NCBI RefSeq assembly: GCF_006345805.1 | Contig: NC_042998.1 | Coordinates: 102,920,001 to 102,984,000 of the forward strand | Source: Octopus sinensis | Taxonomy: Eukaryota | Length of the DNA stretch: 64,000 nucleotides | Direction of reading: 5' to 3' | Part shown: in pieces, positions 50,733-64,000 of the stretch | How positions within the stretch are numbered: position 1 is the first letter of the stretch | Layout of the letters: the number at the start of each line of letters is the position of its first letter | Notes under the pieces: model-generated | The model's input: the letters and a program-made list of their open reading frames with translations, nothing else | Told to the model about the DNA's origin: nothing | The model's database searches: none | Position numbers and translations under genes: made by a program

Positions 50733-50828
50733 AATTTATCAACATTGAAACATTTTAATTTATCAACATTGAAACATTTTAGTTTGTCAACATTGAAACA
50801 TTTTGATTTGTCAACATTGAAACTTATA
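50733..50828. repeat. 24-bp minisatellite x4 (aatttatcaacattgaaacatttt)
   Basis: Four adjacent units with few substitutions and no spacers. Confidence 0.92.
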
Positions 50829-51474
50829 ATGATGTTTTTTCTCGTTTTACACATTTACCATTGCTAAACAAAAACTAGTATGGTATATATGTAAATAAAT
50901 GTATTTTAAACATTTAGGAGCTTTCGAAATTTAAGTGCATTTTTAACAACACATTTTCCTATATTTGTTCCTGCGTGGAACCACTATTCCCTATTTTGCT
51001 TTATATATATACTGAAACAAGTAAAGAAAGCATATATATATATATATATATAAATATATATATATAAATATAAATCATATAACCCTTTAATATATATATA
51101 TATATATTTATATATGCTTCCATTCTACCTACTTATCTCCTTTCATCATACTTTATCTTTCTAAAACGTTGCATATTTTGTTTTTTCGTCTGTCCTGTCG
51201 CCAACTCGATTTCCTCGCAACACATAACACTTATCATTCTCTTCTTTCTCTTTATCTATTCTGATTCTTTGAAAATTATTGTTTCATTTGTTCTTTTTTC
51301 TACTGGACAGGATTTCTATCCGTATCTTTCTGAAGTATTTGTTCGAAATATCTCACACTTTTTGCTCATTTACATGTACAGTTATAAATATCCAAACACA
51401 CGCATAGATATTTGCATATATACGTACATGTGTATACATATATAGGATGCCATTGACTGTATTCACATATAAAT

Positions 51475-51475
51475 A

Positions 51476-51574
<99 letters not shown>

Positions 51575-51694
51575 GTGTGTGTGTATGTATGTATCTATCT
51601 ATATCTATACCTAATATATATATATATATACGTCTACATATATACATATACATATACAATATTTATATACTACATATATGAAAAAATATGTATG

Positions 51695-51780
<86 letters not shown>
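51475..51780. repeat. Long (TA)n compound microsatellite
   Basis: Direct reading. Confidence 0.95.
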
Positions 51781-51787
<7 letters not shown>

Positions 51788-52710
51788 ATTCATATCTTTA
51801 TTTAGCAGAACTTTTCCATTCCCTTTCTTTTATGTGGACGTTTTGATTGCGACCTCTTTCAGGCATTTCTCTATTTATCCTCATTTTCTATCATTTCTTA
51901 AGTTCTTTTTCTCTTGAAGAGTCAATTTTTATTATTTTCTTCTTGTATTTTTGGCAATAGATATTCGTTTCATTCTCTCTATTTATTAATCGTTCCCGAA
52001 TTTTTGGCAAATTCATTTTACATCTACTTCAACAATTTCTTTGAATCTTCTCTGGGTCTTCATAACTGCTTTATATCATTGTTCATTAATGTATTCTTTC
52101 GTATCTTCTTCGTGTTTCTTTATTCTCGCTTTCAATACTTGATCCCCCTTCCTATATTCACCTTCATATTATTATCTTGTTTTACTGTTCGTTTTTACAG
52201 CAAGTGCGATTATTTTTTCCGCTACACTTCACTGTTAATACGTATTACCGAGTTAACATGATTTTGGCATAGTTACTGAATAGCCGTTATTTTCAATCTG
52301 TTTTAATCTGTTTTGAGTACTGCAGGTTTATAAACTTTTGACCGACATGACTTACATTCAAAATCATCATCTCTCTATATGCAAGTACTTAAGAAAATAT
52401 CTCATTTGCTGATGTAAATAACGAAACACACAGTTAACATATTGCTTGGATCACAACTCCCATAAATATATTCAGGGTCAGGATATGTTACAAAGATCAA
52501 TTTAACTAATACGTAGAGTATTTGTGCGATATCTTCAGCTGTGAAATGGTGACCTAAGGAATTAGAAGACACTACAGGAACTACAGGATTCTAATTGCAT
52601 TTGTTTGATTTCCTTTATTTATTGTAATTATTTCGTGTACGTTTTTCCTTTCTTTCCTCTTTAATTGCTTTCCCATCTTTCCCTTCCCCACATGCATACG
52701 AATTTTTTAA

Positions 52711-52915
52711 TTCTTTTATTCTTTTACTTGTTTCAGTCATTTGATTGCGGCCATACTGGAGCACCACATTTAGTCGAACAAATTGACCCCAGGAGTTACT
52801 CTTTGTAAGCCTAGTACTTATTCTATCGGTCTCTTTTGCCGAACCGCTGCGTAACGGAGACGTAAACACACTAGCATCGGTTGTCAAGCGATGATGGGTG
52901 ACAATCACAGTCACA
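52711..52915 (-). mobile_element. SINE family A, 3' half
   Basis: cttttacttgtttcagtcatttgattgcggccatactggagcacc...gtaaacacactagcatcggttgtcaagcg. Confidence 0.9.
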
Positions 52916-53631
52916 CAAATCTATTACCAATCAAATCTTGTTCCTATGTACAGGGAACCAAACAAGTAAGCAACCAACCAACTAATCAACTCTCACCCAC
53001 TCAACCAACCAACCAACCAAAACATTCATGCCAAAACAAAATCTACTTTTTGATAAAAAAAAATCCACCAGAAAGAATATGACGTCATCAAAATTATAGC
53101 GAAGCAAAATTAGATCCTTTCGCGTAAAGACATATGTACAGAATATATTCTCTTATTCCCCAAAAGAATTTCCGTTAAAAGAGAAGAGCCTAGTACGCGA
53201 CGGAAAAGAGAACTAAATGCTTGACGACAGAAACTGTCTTTTTTTTTTTTAAATTCTTTTTTTGCTCTTTTTCCCTTGTCTTTCTCAAGTCCACATATTC
53301 CATAAAATCTCAATATTACCGAACTTTTAGCATGTACGTTTGATATATTCTTCGCTAAAAATTTATTCTGATATTATCTATTCCTGTGAAACTCACTGCA
53401 TTTTATGTGAATATTTGATCGTTTAAACATGTTTATTCGATTTCTACTTAGTAATTTTAAACTCTATTAAATATCTATTTGTACTATTGATAAACAAAAA
53501 TATGTTGAAACTAGTTTGGTACGTATGTGAATAAATGTATTTAAAAACAACTACACATTTTTCAAATGCAGGTGCATTTTGAAACTCCCAAAGCAAATTC
53601 TCCTATCTCTCTATCTCTCTCTTTCTTTCTT

Positions 53632-53706
<75 letters not shown>

Positions 53707-55629
53707 GTATATATATATAGTATTACTAATGATCGGGAGAACGGAGATTTTCCATATCTATAATTCTATTTACAGTATTCTTTCGTGGAGCTACACGCGT
53801 GTCAACTGTATCGAGAGCACTCTGTTATTTACTGCCATTCAAGATGAAGCTGAAGGAATAAAGTGTATTTTAGGAATTATTGGTGTTACTAAAAATAGTT
53901 ATAGTATCAATGATCCATGGTTCACCTCAGCTAAGTTTGGAAGGTGAAGCGAGATACAATCTTATAAATATGTCCAGGTTAAATAAAAAAAAATTGCGCA
54001 GATTTATGAGTACTATCAAAAAGTTTATTATTCTACTCATTTCAAGGAAAAATATTTTTTTAGAACTATTCAATTAATTTTGATCTATTATATGTTTTTT
54101 GTTTTTGTTTTCACAATTGTTAGTCTAGTACCATATAACTGGCGAAATGTAACGGTATGTACTTAGCACATGCAATATTAATATCCTTCGCACTACATTT
54201 GCTAGGTTGCCTATCAAAACCGGTTAACTCAATTCAGCAATTATCAGTGAAGTAAATATGGTGTAATGGAAGAAAGGCTTTGCTCGCGAATATGCAGGAT
54301 TATAACCAGTTCCTTGCAATGTGCAGCAACTAGGTGGTGACATTACTAAGATCATTACTACTGCACATGGAATTCAGTAAAATCAATTTAATTTTATGTG
54401 CTAATAACACGTCAGGCAAATCGCTGATACCTTATTTTATTCCATGAGTTATATCCTTTCATTCTTCTGTTCCCTGCCAGGCACGTTCTTAATTTCACAC
54501 TCACACTTATAATATTCTTTCAAATTATCGCCCGTTCATATTTAAATGCTGATATTTTAGTTTTGTTTATTTCATTTTCTCTCGGTTCATTCCATCCTAA
54601 TTTTCATTCAATTCTAATTCTTCTTCATTAGTTTATTCATCCTTTCTTACGTTCCAGTTCTTTTTCTTTGCTCTCTATAATGTTTGTTTGGTTTTTTCCG
54701 ATTTTCGCTCCTCCTTTTACATTTATCAATATATGTTTTTTGCTCACTTTCTCTTCTTCCTCATCCATACTATAACTATCAATCACAATTCCTTCTTTTC
54801 TGGCACATTTTTTTCACAACCAGTAATGCTGCTTCTTTATTGACGGTTTAATACAAGAAGAACTATTATGAAGTTATTCTACGCCAGCATTACATATTTT
54901 CAATTATGAATTCTTCGATACTCTTTTATTATCGTAAACATTTTTATTTTCCCCTCTAACTTGTGCAACATTATTACTTCAATATTCGAAGAATAATTGT
55001 AAACCTATATCTTTCAAAACTATATCCCATTCGTTTCCCAGGAGATAGTCCACAAAATAAATATCTGTGTTGACAACCAATTATTCTAAAGTCACTTTCT
55101 TCTATTATTTTCTTTTTGCTTTCTTCTTGTGACCCCTGTAGTTACAGACTTTATAGCTATAGACTTTCTTCTGTCAGTTCAGTGCTGTATGGGGATTTTA
55201 ATAGACAATAGATCTTTCATTCCTTGAAATTACTGCTGTACACAATGGCTCATTTGACACAGTTTCAGTCAATTTGCTTTTATCGTTGGCGTTTCTGAGA
55301 GTTACTGTCCGTCTTTATAAATCATTAATGGGATATGCGTAGCGATAAAGTTTATAATCACACAGATAGATGAATTAGAAATCGGATTTGTGGCGTATTC
55401 GATTTTCCCACCGGCATTAGCGATGCAAAGGAAACGAAATAGCAGCATTACGCAATTGCAAACTGGATGCACGTTTAGCTTACCCGGGTGTTCAAGCATA
55501 TATTCGTCTATCTATATGAGTTCTAAGTGGTTATGCATGTATATGTGTGTGTGTATTTATGTATGTGTCTATGTATATATTGAAATCTAGCCACCTAGCT
55601 ATACATGCGTATATGGATACATGCATGTA

Positions 55630-55631
<2 letters not shown>

Positions 55632-55705
<74 letters not shown>

Positions 55706-55710
55706 ATATA
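55632..55710. repeat. (CA)n microsatellite
   Basis: Direct reading. Confidence 0.95.
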
Positions 55711-56949
55711 TATACATATATTATTGGAAGGTCGTTTGTTATGGCCGGTCAGAGTGTGACCATTGTTTCCACACCTATAAAGCCCTTAGTTGTAGAGGCG
55801 ACTCGTCAGACTGAAATAGCTGACATCACATAACCTCTCAAAAGTTAGAGGGATTAAAATATCATGGTAAGTTAATTTTGTAAGCCAAAATATTCCGGAT
55901 CAAATCTCTACTTGCAAAAGCTTGGGTGAGACAAAGTTATCCCCCTTATGATCGGCTCCAATTATGTCCGTAAGAGTGCATGTAAGTGCGTGCGTGCGTG
56001 CAAGTAAGTTCTAATCGGATTCCGTATACAATATTTCTTTCCTACTACGAACAATTTTGCTTAATTTTTAGCTCATCTTCGCCTGTAGTTTCGGCAAAAA
56101 CGCTTTCTTTTATGATTGCCCTTCTGATTGATTAAACATGCAGCCACAAATACAACGAGTATAATCTAATTTTTTAAAGGATAGTAGGGGCAAGAGGTTC
56201 TGAGCACATGATCATTTATTTTTTAGAGACTCAGAATGTGATGCGCGGAAGACAATAATTTTTACACAAACCAGAAATCTGACCAGAACATTTGCAACAG
56301 GTGGTCTTAACTGGTCTAGAGGTTAGTTCTATATCAAAACAACTCTAAAATGAGGTAAAATATAGGGAAATCTTACTTGGTAGACGACACTAAAATTTCC
56401 GCAAATCAACTGTCCTTCTGTAGAATCCCAGAAATCATAAAAGCAAAATCAACATTGACTGGCAGTGCAGGTATAATTTTTCGAATTATAATGACCATCA
56501 TTTTACTCATTGGCGAAATATTTTCATTACCAAAACACAAGTGTTAACGTGTTCGTTAGAAGAGTAAGTTTTATTTAAAGTACAAAATGATTAATCTTAT
56601 TTTAATAACAGCATGAAGGAGAAAAATATACGGTGGGTTTGCAAGAGATACGAACGCCAAGACAGATACAGAGTGACTGTAAGTTAGAGACAGTAGCACT
56701 TATATGCGCAGTACAAAAACGAAATAAATATTGTTAGTACTTGCCGTCATAAGAATTTATAAAATTTTCAGAGAACCCGAAATAATTTTGTGGGGAATTG
56801 TATCTCATACCATATAAATCTTATAAATAATATGTAAATATTGAGTTATTAAAACCCTTTAGGACATCAGAATTTTCAAGTCGAACACAATGCCTTCTAT
56901 TATTTATAACATTTATGCACTTCGAGATACAATAGCAAGAAAATATTAG

Positions 56950-56984
56950 TATTATTATCATCATCATCATCATCATCATAATCC

Positions 56985-57033
<49 letters not shown>
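56950..57033. repeat. (ATC)n(ATT)n microsatellite
   Basis: Direct reading. Confidence 0.95.
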
Positions 57034-57034
<1 letters not shown>

Positions 57035-57499
57035 TGAGAATATTTTAGTTCCCTTGAAGCATTGTGTATTGTTTGTAAAATATAATGTCTTGAATGACAA
57101 AACAATGCAGAGTGGACTATAATAACTGTTATAATTTAATTATCCATAGTCTGATATAATAATAATATTTCGGAATACGAAAATTCCTTCTTCAGATATC
57201 GTTAGGAATTGATCGAATCACTGCAATGATCGGTTTTCCAATGGTTATTGAATTTCTCTCTAGTAGTGTTTCTGTAGTGGTCTCACGAAGCTCCTTCCGG
57301 AATTCCTCATGAGAAGTGCGTGAAGGCAGCGCTGTTTCTAAGTTATGTATTATATTGCAGTTTCTTTCTTTCTTTCTTATTTTCATAATACATGAGCATG
57401 TTATCAAAAATGAACCTACACGCATCCAGATGTATCTACATAATATATTGATTACCAACCTCCAGCCTGTTGTTAATTTGGGGCCCTAATCTGTCTATG

Positions 57500-59280
57500 A
57501 GGACAGCTTCCTTAATTCTTAAATTACCAAATTTCTTTCTTTATTTTCATATACAGTCTGTTTACGTTTGATTTAGGGTGTGGTGCTCCATGCAGCGTCA
57601 TCAACTTTCTCGTCCTTCTATCCAGTGTTGATATTTCCTCTTTAGTCCATTTGAGGATGGACGCACTATATATGACCACTGCAACTACCCAGATATTCAT
57701 TGCGAGAATTGAATCTTTGACATTTAGGTTGGATTTCAACACGTTCTTTTTTAATACGCCTCGCTGACCTTGACTTTCATTTCTCTGTGTAGATTATCAT
57801 CCAGCTCCAAAATCCCTAAATAGCTATACCCACTACTGTCGAGTTCGCCTATGGTTTCTCCTGATGTTATCCGCAATCCTCTGCAAGCTGCTTTCTTCCC
57901 TCTTTTCATATTAAGTACTGAGTATTTGGTAATCCCAAATACCGTTGTCCCTACCACATGTCTGGACTATTTTGGTTAATGAATCTATCTGTTTTTCATA
58001 TTTCCCAAACAATTTCAGGTCATCCATAAACAGAAGATAGTTCAACGATGGGCCTTTCTTCCCACATCGGTAACCCATCTTAACTTTCCTAAATGTCATT
58101 GTTATGGATATTAGTGCAATTACAAAAAGTAAAGGAGAAAACGAGTCACCTTGGAAGATTCCCCTTTTAATATTAACATCTCCAAGGAATACATTACTTG
58201 AGTACAGTTTGGTTTTCCACTCTTTCATACTATGCATCAGAAACCTTGTAATGTTGTCAGCAACACCAAATATCTGCAGGCACCATATGATATGCCTTCT
58301 TAAAGTCAATCTAAGCCATAGACATGTTTGTATGATGCTTTTTACAATGCCTCAAAACTTTTTTATCGGTGACCAGGTGATCCGTGGTACCCTGAGAATT
58401 ATTCCTACATTCTTTTTGTTCCCTTTGTAGTATTTCTTTCTGTAGCTAGAAAGTGTATGTGTTTGCCGTACATATTCAAATGAGTATCTTCCAGATTATA
58501 TTTTGGCATGTTATGAGACGGTAGTTTCCCACACTTTTCCCCTTTCTTCTATCTTTCATTACAATGATCCTCTGTTTTAACTGCTCTATTACTGCATCAA
58601 ACCCATTCTTCCGTATTTTATATTTCTTCTCTAATTTTTCTGGGTCGGTCTTTTTCCCATTTTTCCAATTTCCTCTTAACCCATGCTCAATTTTTCCTAG
58701 ATCTTGCCTTGCCCGTATAGTCCCGTTCAATGCATCGTTTCCATCATGGTTCTTTTGCTCCAGTAATTTTTGTTCTCTTAAGCTGAAATTTCTCGACAAG
58801 TAGCGCAATAGCTCGGACAAGATTCCTTGTTTGTGTTGTCCTCCGTCTGGATGTATGGTATGACAGTATTTATCTTTCATGTTACTTTATTTATCATACT
58901 TCTATCTACCCTTCTCAGATTCATGGGGATTTTGGATCATTCATCAACTTGGTTCATTTCACCTGCATACCCACCCACCACAGTATCAGGTTTCACTGTA
59001 TAACGTTCCTGTTCCTCATCCTTAACAGTCCATCACCATTTCCCCGTTCCTCCCGTCTACTCTTCTCCCTGCTTTCAACTTCTACCTCTGTTTTCAACTC
59101 CGACCATCCTTTCTAGCCCATCCGCATGGTCTCTCAGAGTCTCACTAATACTTCCTCCTTATCACTCTCACTTGGTTTATTCTCTGACATTGGACACATG
59201 TTCTTTTCCATCCAAAATTTCAATATACGTCGGCCTACTCCGCGACTTATTTCCAGCTTTGCTCTTATATGATATTCAAT
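57500..59280 (-). mobile_element. Decayed R4-clade non-LTR retrotransposon, family 3 (N-terminus and RT), internally deleted and lacking its 3' end
   Basis: NYRLITC, IDFKKAY, RGIFQGDSFSPLLF, LLFMDDLKLFG, GYSYLGI, LDRRTRKLMTLHGAPHPKSNVNRLY; N-terminal RILKFWMEKNM. Frameshifts and stops. Confidence 0.92.
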
Positions 59281-59565
59281 AAATTTATCGTACTCTTCCT
59301 TCGTTTACTTATGTCTGTTTTTAAGAACAAAATGTATGTGATCTATTGTGACATAACAACCGTCCATGATGCCGGTGGTTACGGACGTGCCTGGTCGGAA
59401 ACCTTCACCATGATCGGCTATAGCTTCATTCTTGCCGTTAATTCGTTCCTTGTATTATGGCATCATGATTTCATGAGTGGGTCGTGGGGTTCCCATGTGA
59501 GTTGTTATTGAGATCCCTTCTCTGTTCTTCCTCTCTTTTTTGTATATACACATGCATGTATATGT

Positions 59566-59609
<44 letters not shown>

Positions 59610-59613
59610 ACAG

Positions 59614-59671
<58 letters not shown>

Positions 59672-59872
59672 AGTAACGTGCTTTCATGGTGTCGGCTCCA
59701 TAACTACAATGATTATCATTACCACCATCGTTCTGTCTATGGCATTTAAAATTATCAATAATAATATGGGACCTGGTATATTACAGCAGAATTTCGTCAT
59801 TGCTATTATCATTATTATTATTATTGTTGTTGTTGTTGTTGTTTTTGTTGTTGTTGTTGTTGTTGTTGTTGT

Positions 59873-60207
59873 TGAGTGAGAGAGCAGTGCATGCCATCAA
59901 AGTAACATTGGGGTAAAATATATAAAGCCCAGTATACACATCATGACTACCCGTCTGATAATGGTACACTAGGCACACGCATCACGACCACATGTGCACG
60001 ACATGGTCATCTCCTATCGAAGATAAATAGCGCATGACCTTGGTGGTGGAGCCCAGTTAGAATTTTCTTCTGGTCGAGTAAACCATCCCGCTCAAAAGGT
60101 CATTGGATAAGGATTGTCTTAGGATGTTGAACGAACCAGCCATGTTTCCAAAGGTGAATTATCCAAACCTTTAACAATTCCTTTCAACACACGGCTATGA
60201 TTCTCCA
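59873..60207. mobile_element. ~335-bp interspersed repeat between (TTA)n(TTG)n and (TTA)n tracts
   Basis: Higher-GC block sharply bounded by trinucleotide repeats on both sides. Resembles a repeat I associate with octopus; class not determined. Confidence 0.45.
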
Positions 60208-60266
<59 letters not shown>

Positions 60267-63200
60267 TATTGGTGTATATAATTTTACTATCGAATATTTT
60301 CTCTGCATCTGCGATTTGTTATGTATAACAGAGATACAATTTATTGTATCACTAACAAGAAAATATTTGCGAAACTTATGCTGATATATTCTCATCCTTG
60401 AAGCAATGTTTTGTATGTTTCTTAATATAATATGCAATACAGCCTTAACATCCTTTGGCTTACCAGAAATGCAATGATATGTAAATTACATATCCTCCTG
60501 TTAATCACTCGTTTCTTATGGATTACAATGCAGTCGAACTGTTTATCTTAACTCATTTTAGAATTTATGTTATCGATTTCGATATTAAAAGCTAAACTGA
60601 AATACCGAGATCTCTAAATTTATTGGACATATATTGTTAAATGTGAAGAATAAGTTCGCAACAACTTGATCTTCACATCAATTGATTTTAATAAAGTATC
60701 TTCATTATATTTTATAATTGTCTTATTTCACTTGCGATCAATTATGTGTAGTTTAAATAACTGTGTGACCTTTTTAATTGATTTGAGAAATAATTTAGGT
60801 GAAAAGTACTTAGCAAAACGCAAGAGGCTGGACATTGCATGAAGTGTGAGTGTAAAGTAACGGAAACTTGTTTAGTATAAGATCTATAGCGTAATGATTT
60901 TTTTCTTCTAATTAAGATACAGATATTTAAAATTAATCTTGATATTAAGTGACAGCATAAAATCTAATATTGTAATTATATACTTCGTTTCGAATATTGA
61001 GGTTTCCTTTGTGCGTAAAATGCTGTAATCACAATGTTCTAATGGTCTAGCGTGACGGCTTTCAAGCTTAATAATTTCTAGGGTGCTATTAACATTATTA
61101 CTTTTGGTGTTAAGTGGATTTTTCACGTCTTCAATTATCGAGCCAGAAAAAAATGTTAGAAGTATTTCAATAAAAGGCCAGTTCCATCGAAAAGTTTTGA
61201 AAAACTAATTAGCACATTTGTCAGCGTGTAAGACTCACTCTCGCATAAGATGCACCTCTATTTTACAATTATATTTCGTGGAAGAACTAAATTTACTATT
61301 TTGTATCATACATTTATTGAAACTTATTTTCTTATGGTTCTGTAGGTGGAAATCTATGATTCTAAGCATATAAATACAATGTTTGACGGTATACTGGAAT
61401 AAATTATAAAGTTACGTTATGTGAGTACAGTGTTTCAGCGTTATCTCCTTTCACATCGACTGCATATTTGTTTCAATTTTGGTCTGGAGAATTGTCATAT
61501 AGTATGTAAAACTAACTCGTATTTTTGCCTATGATATTTTGTTACCGCGAACAACCATCAGTGAGACACCATCGCTATGATTTTATTGTTATCCACTCAT
61601 TGTAAATAACTGAAAGGTGAATGGAAAATTTTCCTGTAGATAATTTTAAAAGATTCTTATGAGTAACACAGTCAATAAATAATGTAAACACATATCAAGT
61701 ATGGATTTTGCATTCTGGGGAGGGAGATATAATGAAATAATGTGACTTTTCTACATAACGGCACATAAAACACAAGCAACGTTTCGAAAGTTTGTGCTAA
61801 CGGATTGTGAAGTTTGGGCAGTTCTCAGTATTTTAATTTTGGTTACTATTATTGTGCTCAAACTTCACCGTATCCCAAACATTCAGCCTCTCATCCGTAA
61901 TACAGTCACACGGCTATCGTTTCGATACATTTGAAAATATACAGATTGTCTCTTGTATGCCAGTTAATACGGTACTTAACAGTTCCCGGATTGAATAGTA
62001 ATCAAACTTTTGTTACCAGTTGGTTTGAAAAAGTACTTTTGGTGACAGAAAGTCAATTTTGTCCATTTCGGCAAGTTAAATAGTTAAATTTAGAAGCCGT
62101 TTATTTCATGAGAGCTTGTTTTATTTTTTGTAAACCCAACCAAGTGAAGATTGAGGTGCAAAGCAGTACATTTACAATGTTCAAAAATCAATTTTTCTCT
62201 GAATTTTTGATTGGGCAATTGGTTATAAATAACAGTGAAGCAATCATTTCTTACACTAGTTTCCAGAAAGCCTTTTCAGTACGATTACAGTCATATTCTC
62301 GTAAAAATATATCCTTCTTTTGTACAACCTTCAATCATTTTAAAATTATTCCCCAATTTTATAATATTTGCCACTTTAGCATCTATTGTGTTCAAAGTCA
62401 AGTCCATAGATTTGTTATTTACTCGTGTGCTAACAACGAGGTTCAAGACATAATAAGCATTCGATGCTAAATTTAAAGTGCTCAATGTAATGTGAAACAG
62501 AGTTCAGTAACAGTAATATAGGTAAATGGTGAAAATGGCATTGCAGCTGATAAACAGTACTTATAAATTCATAAATTAAGGCATGTTATGACATGTGAAC
62601 GTTACCGGACAATTAAGAAGGTAAACTAGTATTATATTTATATGTATCTGACACTCCATAATGTATTAGTGATATTTTTGAAGTAGAACATCCAGAAACA
62701 ATTTCCATTACTATTATATCTATTCATTGAGAGCTGTTGACTCCTTTTTGATACCGAGAAGCGCAGAGGGATTTATCAAAATTCTTCCTCGTTCTATTTC
62801 TTTGATCTTCTCTAGAAAATCAAAATTCATTTCATCATATACAGCATTATTTTGCTTATAACTCCAGCAAATAGAATATTTGAAGAAAAGGAACACTGTG
62901 TTCAGTCTAATAATTTCTTGCTTCGAGATACGACGTCTCCTATAGAGTTAAATCCCGTTTCCTTTTAAGTTAATTCACGTCTACTTTGGGGGTATTTCAA
63001 CACGTTTTATAGAAAATATGTTGTCCTTCTAAAACTATACTTAAATCTTTTTATGTCCGAAATAATCCAATGAATTTGACGATATTCGATTTGGGACATT
63101 TTAGATGCTTGATAGCCACTCAGTTAAATAATTTGTTTTGTATATAATCGGTGAGCTGTTTCCCAATCATTCTGATCAAACACACTACTCTTTATTTACT

Positions 63201-64000
63201 TTTATTGTGTACATCAACGAAATTTATTCCTATCATCGAAATAATCCAGAATCTAGTTTTGAACTGTAATCTAATCTTCAAAAACATTTGTATAAAACTA
63301 AATCTAAATGTTATTTGCAAGGATAAATACAGATATTGAAAGCAAATTGCCAATACCGTTTTAGAGAATTATATAACTGTGAGTTAAATAAATGAAAATA
63401 GTCTGAAAATAATATGGGAAGATTAGTAACCAAAGAGTTATTATCTTTTGTTTTCTGTATTGGAATATACAGGTAATTCCGAATATCAATGATTCGCAGT
63501 TGAAGTTAATTCGTACGTATTGATAACGAAACTTTTCAACAAAGTTAGATTTTTATACAGATATTGCATATCCTGTGCTAATGATTTCCATAAGACAGAT
63601 AAGTCTCAACGATTGCAGGATATAGGATTGTTCGTTGGTAAATGTTGATTAATGCATGCTGCCATAGCAGTTTTGAAAGTATATAGATGATAGATGCTTC
63701 AAATATCAATAATACATATAAGTATTTGTACGGAGTTATGAGTGTAGGTGAATGTCTGTGTTTTACATAAACAAGTATACACATATGTATAATTCGTATG
63801 TTTGTACAGTATCAGGAACAGTCGAATCAGAAGATGCAGGCTCCATCCCGTGATCATCATTTACCTCCAAATTTATCAAGAATATCTAATATTTTGTTTC
63901 ATATTATACTTGTATACATACATTATTCTTGATTATGCACGACATTACTGTTTAAACAAGCAATTCTGGACAATCTATACTGTTTAGTATTTAGACAGAT

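Noticed and set aside
50733-50828. 24-bp repeats as a possible CRISPR array (also 40866-40935)
   Set aside because: Units are contiguous with no unique spacers, there are no cas genes, and the context is eukaryotic.
57192-57230. 'ISLGIDRITAM' resembling class II aminoacyl-tRNA synthetase motif 3
   Set aside because: Isolated short match with no other synthetase exons detected.
62108-62485. Overlapping 120-aa plus and 64-aa minus ORFs
   Set aside because: No recognisable domain, splice acceptors are weak, and the frames break down; cannot be supported as a gene.

Overview
AT-rich, microsatellite-saturated eukaryotic DNA. The SINE families, Penelope-like elements and (TA)n/(CA)n/(TATG)n tracts match what I recognise from octopus (coleoid cephalopod) genomes; this assignment is inference from recall, not a database result. 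No host protein-coding gene, tRNA, rRNA or CRISPR array can be confidently supported. Many ORFs in the supplied track are low-complexity microsatellite translations. The window is mainly a retroelement landscape: two different Penelope-like elements (a GIY-YIG fragment with a 132-bp inverted terminal repeat at 28.5-29.5 kb, and a decayed RT+GIY-YIG copy at 49-50.1 kb), three families of R4/Dong-type (RLE) non-LTR elements sitting in microsatellites, a CR1 3' end split by a SINE that shares its 3' tail, about five tRNA-derived SINE families, piggyBac- and pogo-like MITEs, and many long fold-back (inverted) repeats. The most interesting items are the rearranged Penelope insertion, the SINE/CR1 partner pair, the microsatellite-targeting R4 families, several near-perfect palindromes (potential dsRNA/ADAR substrates), a hammerhead-like motif, and a speculative minus-strand chain of small exons. 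I found no convincing wholly novel system.
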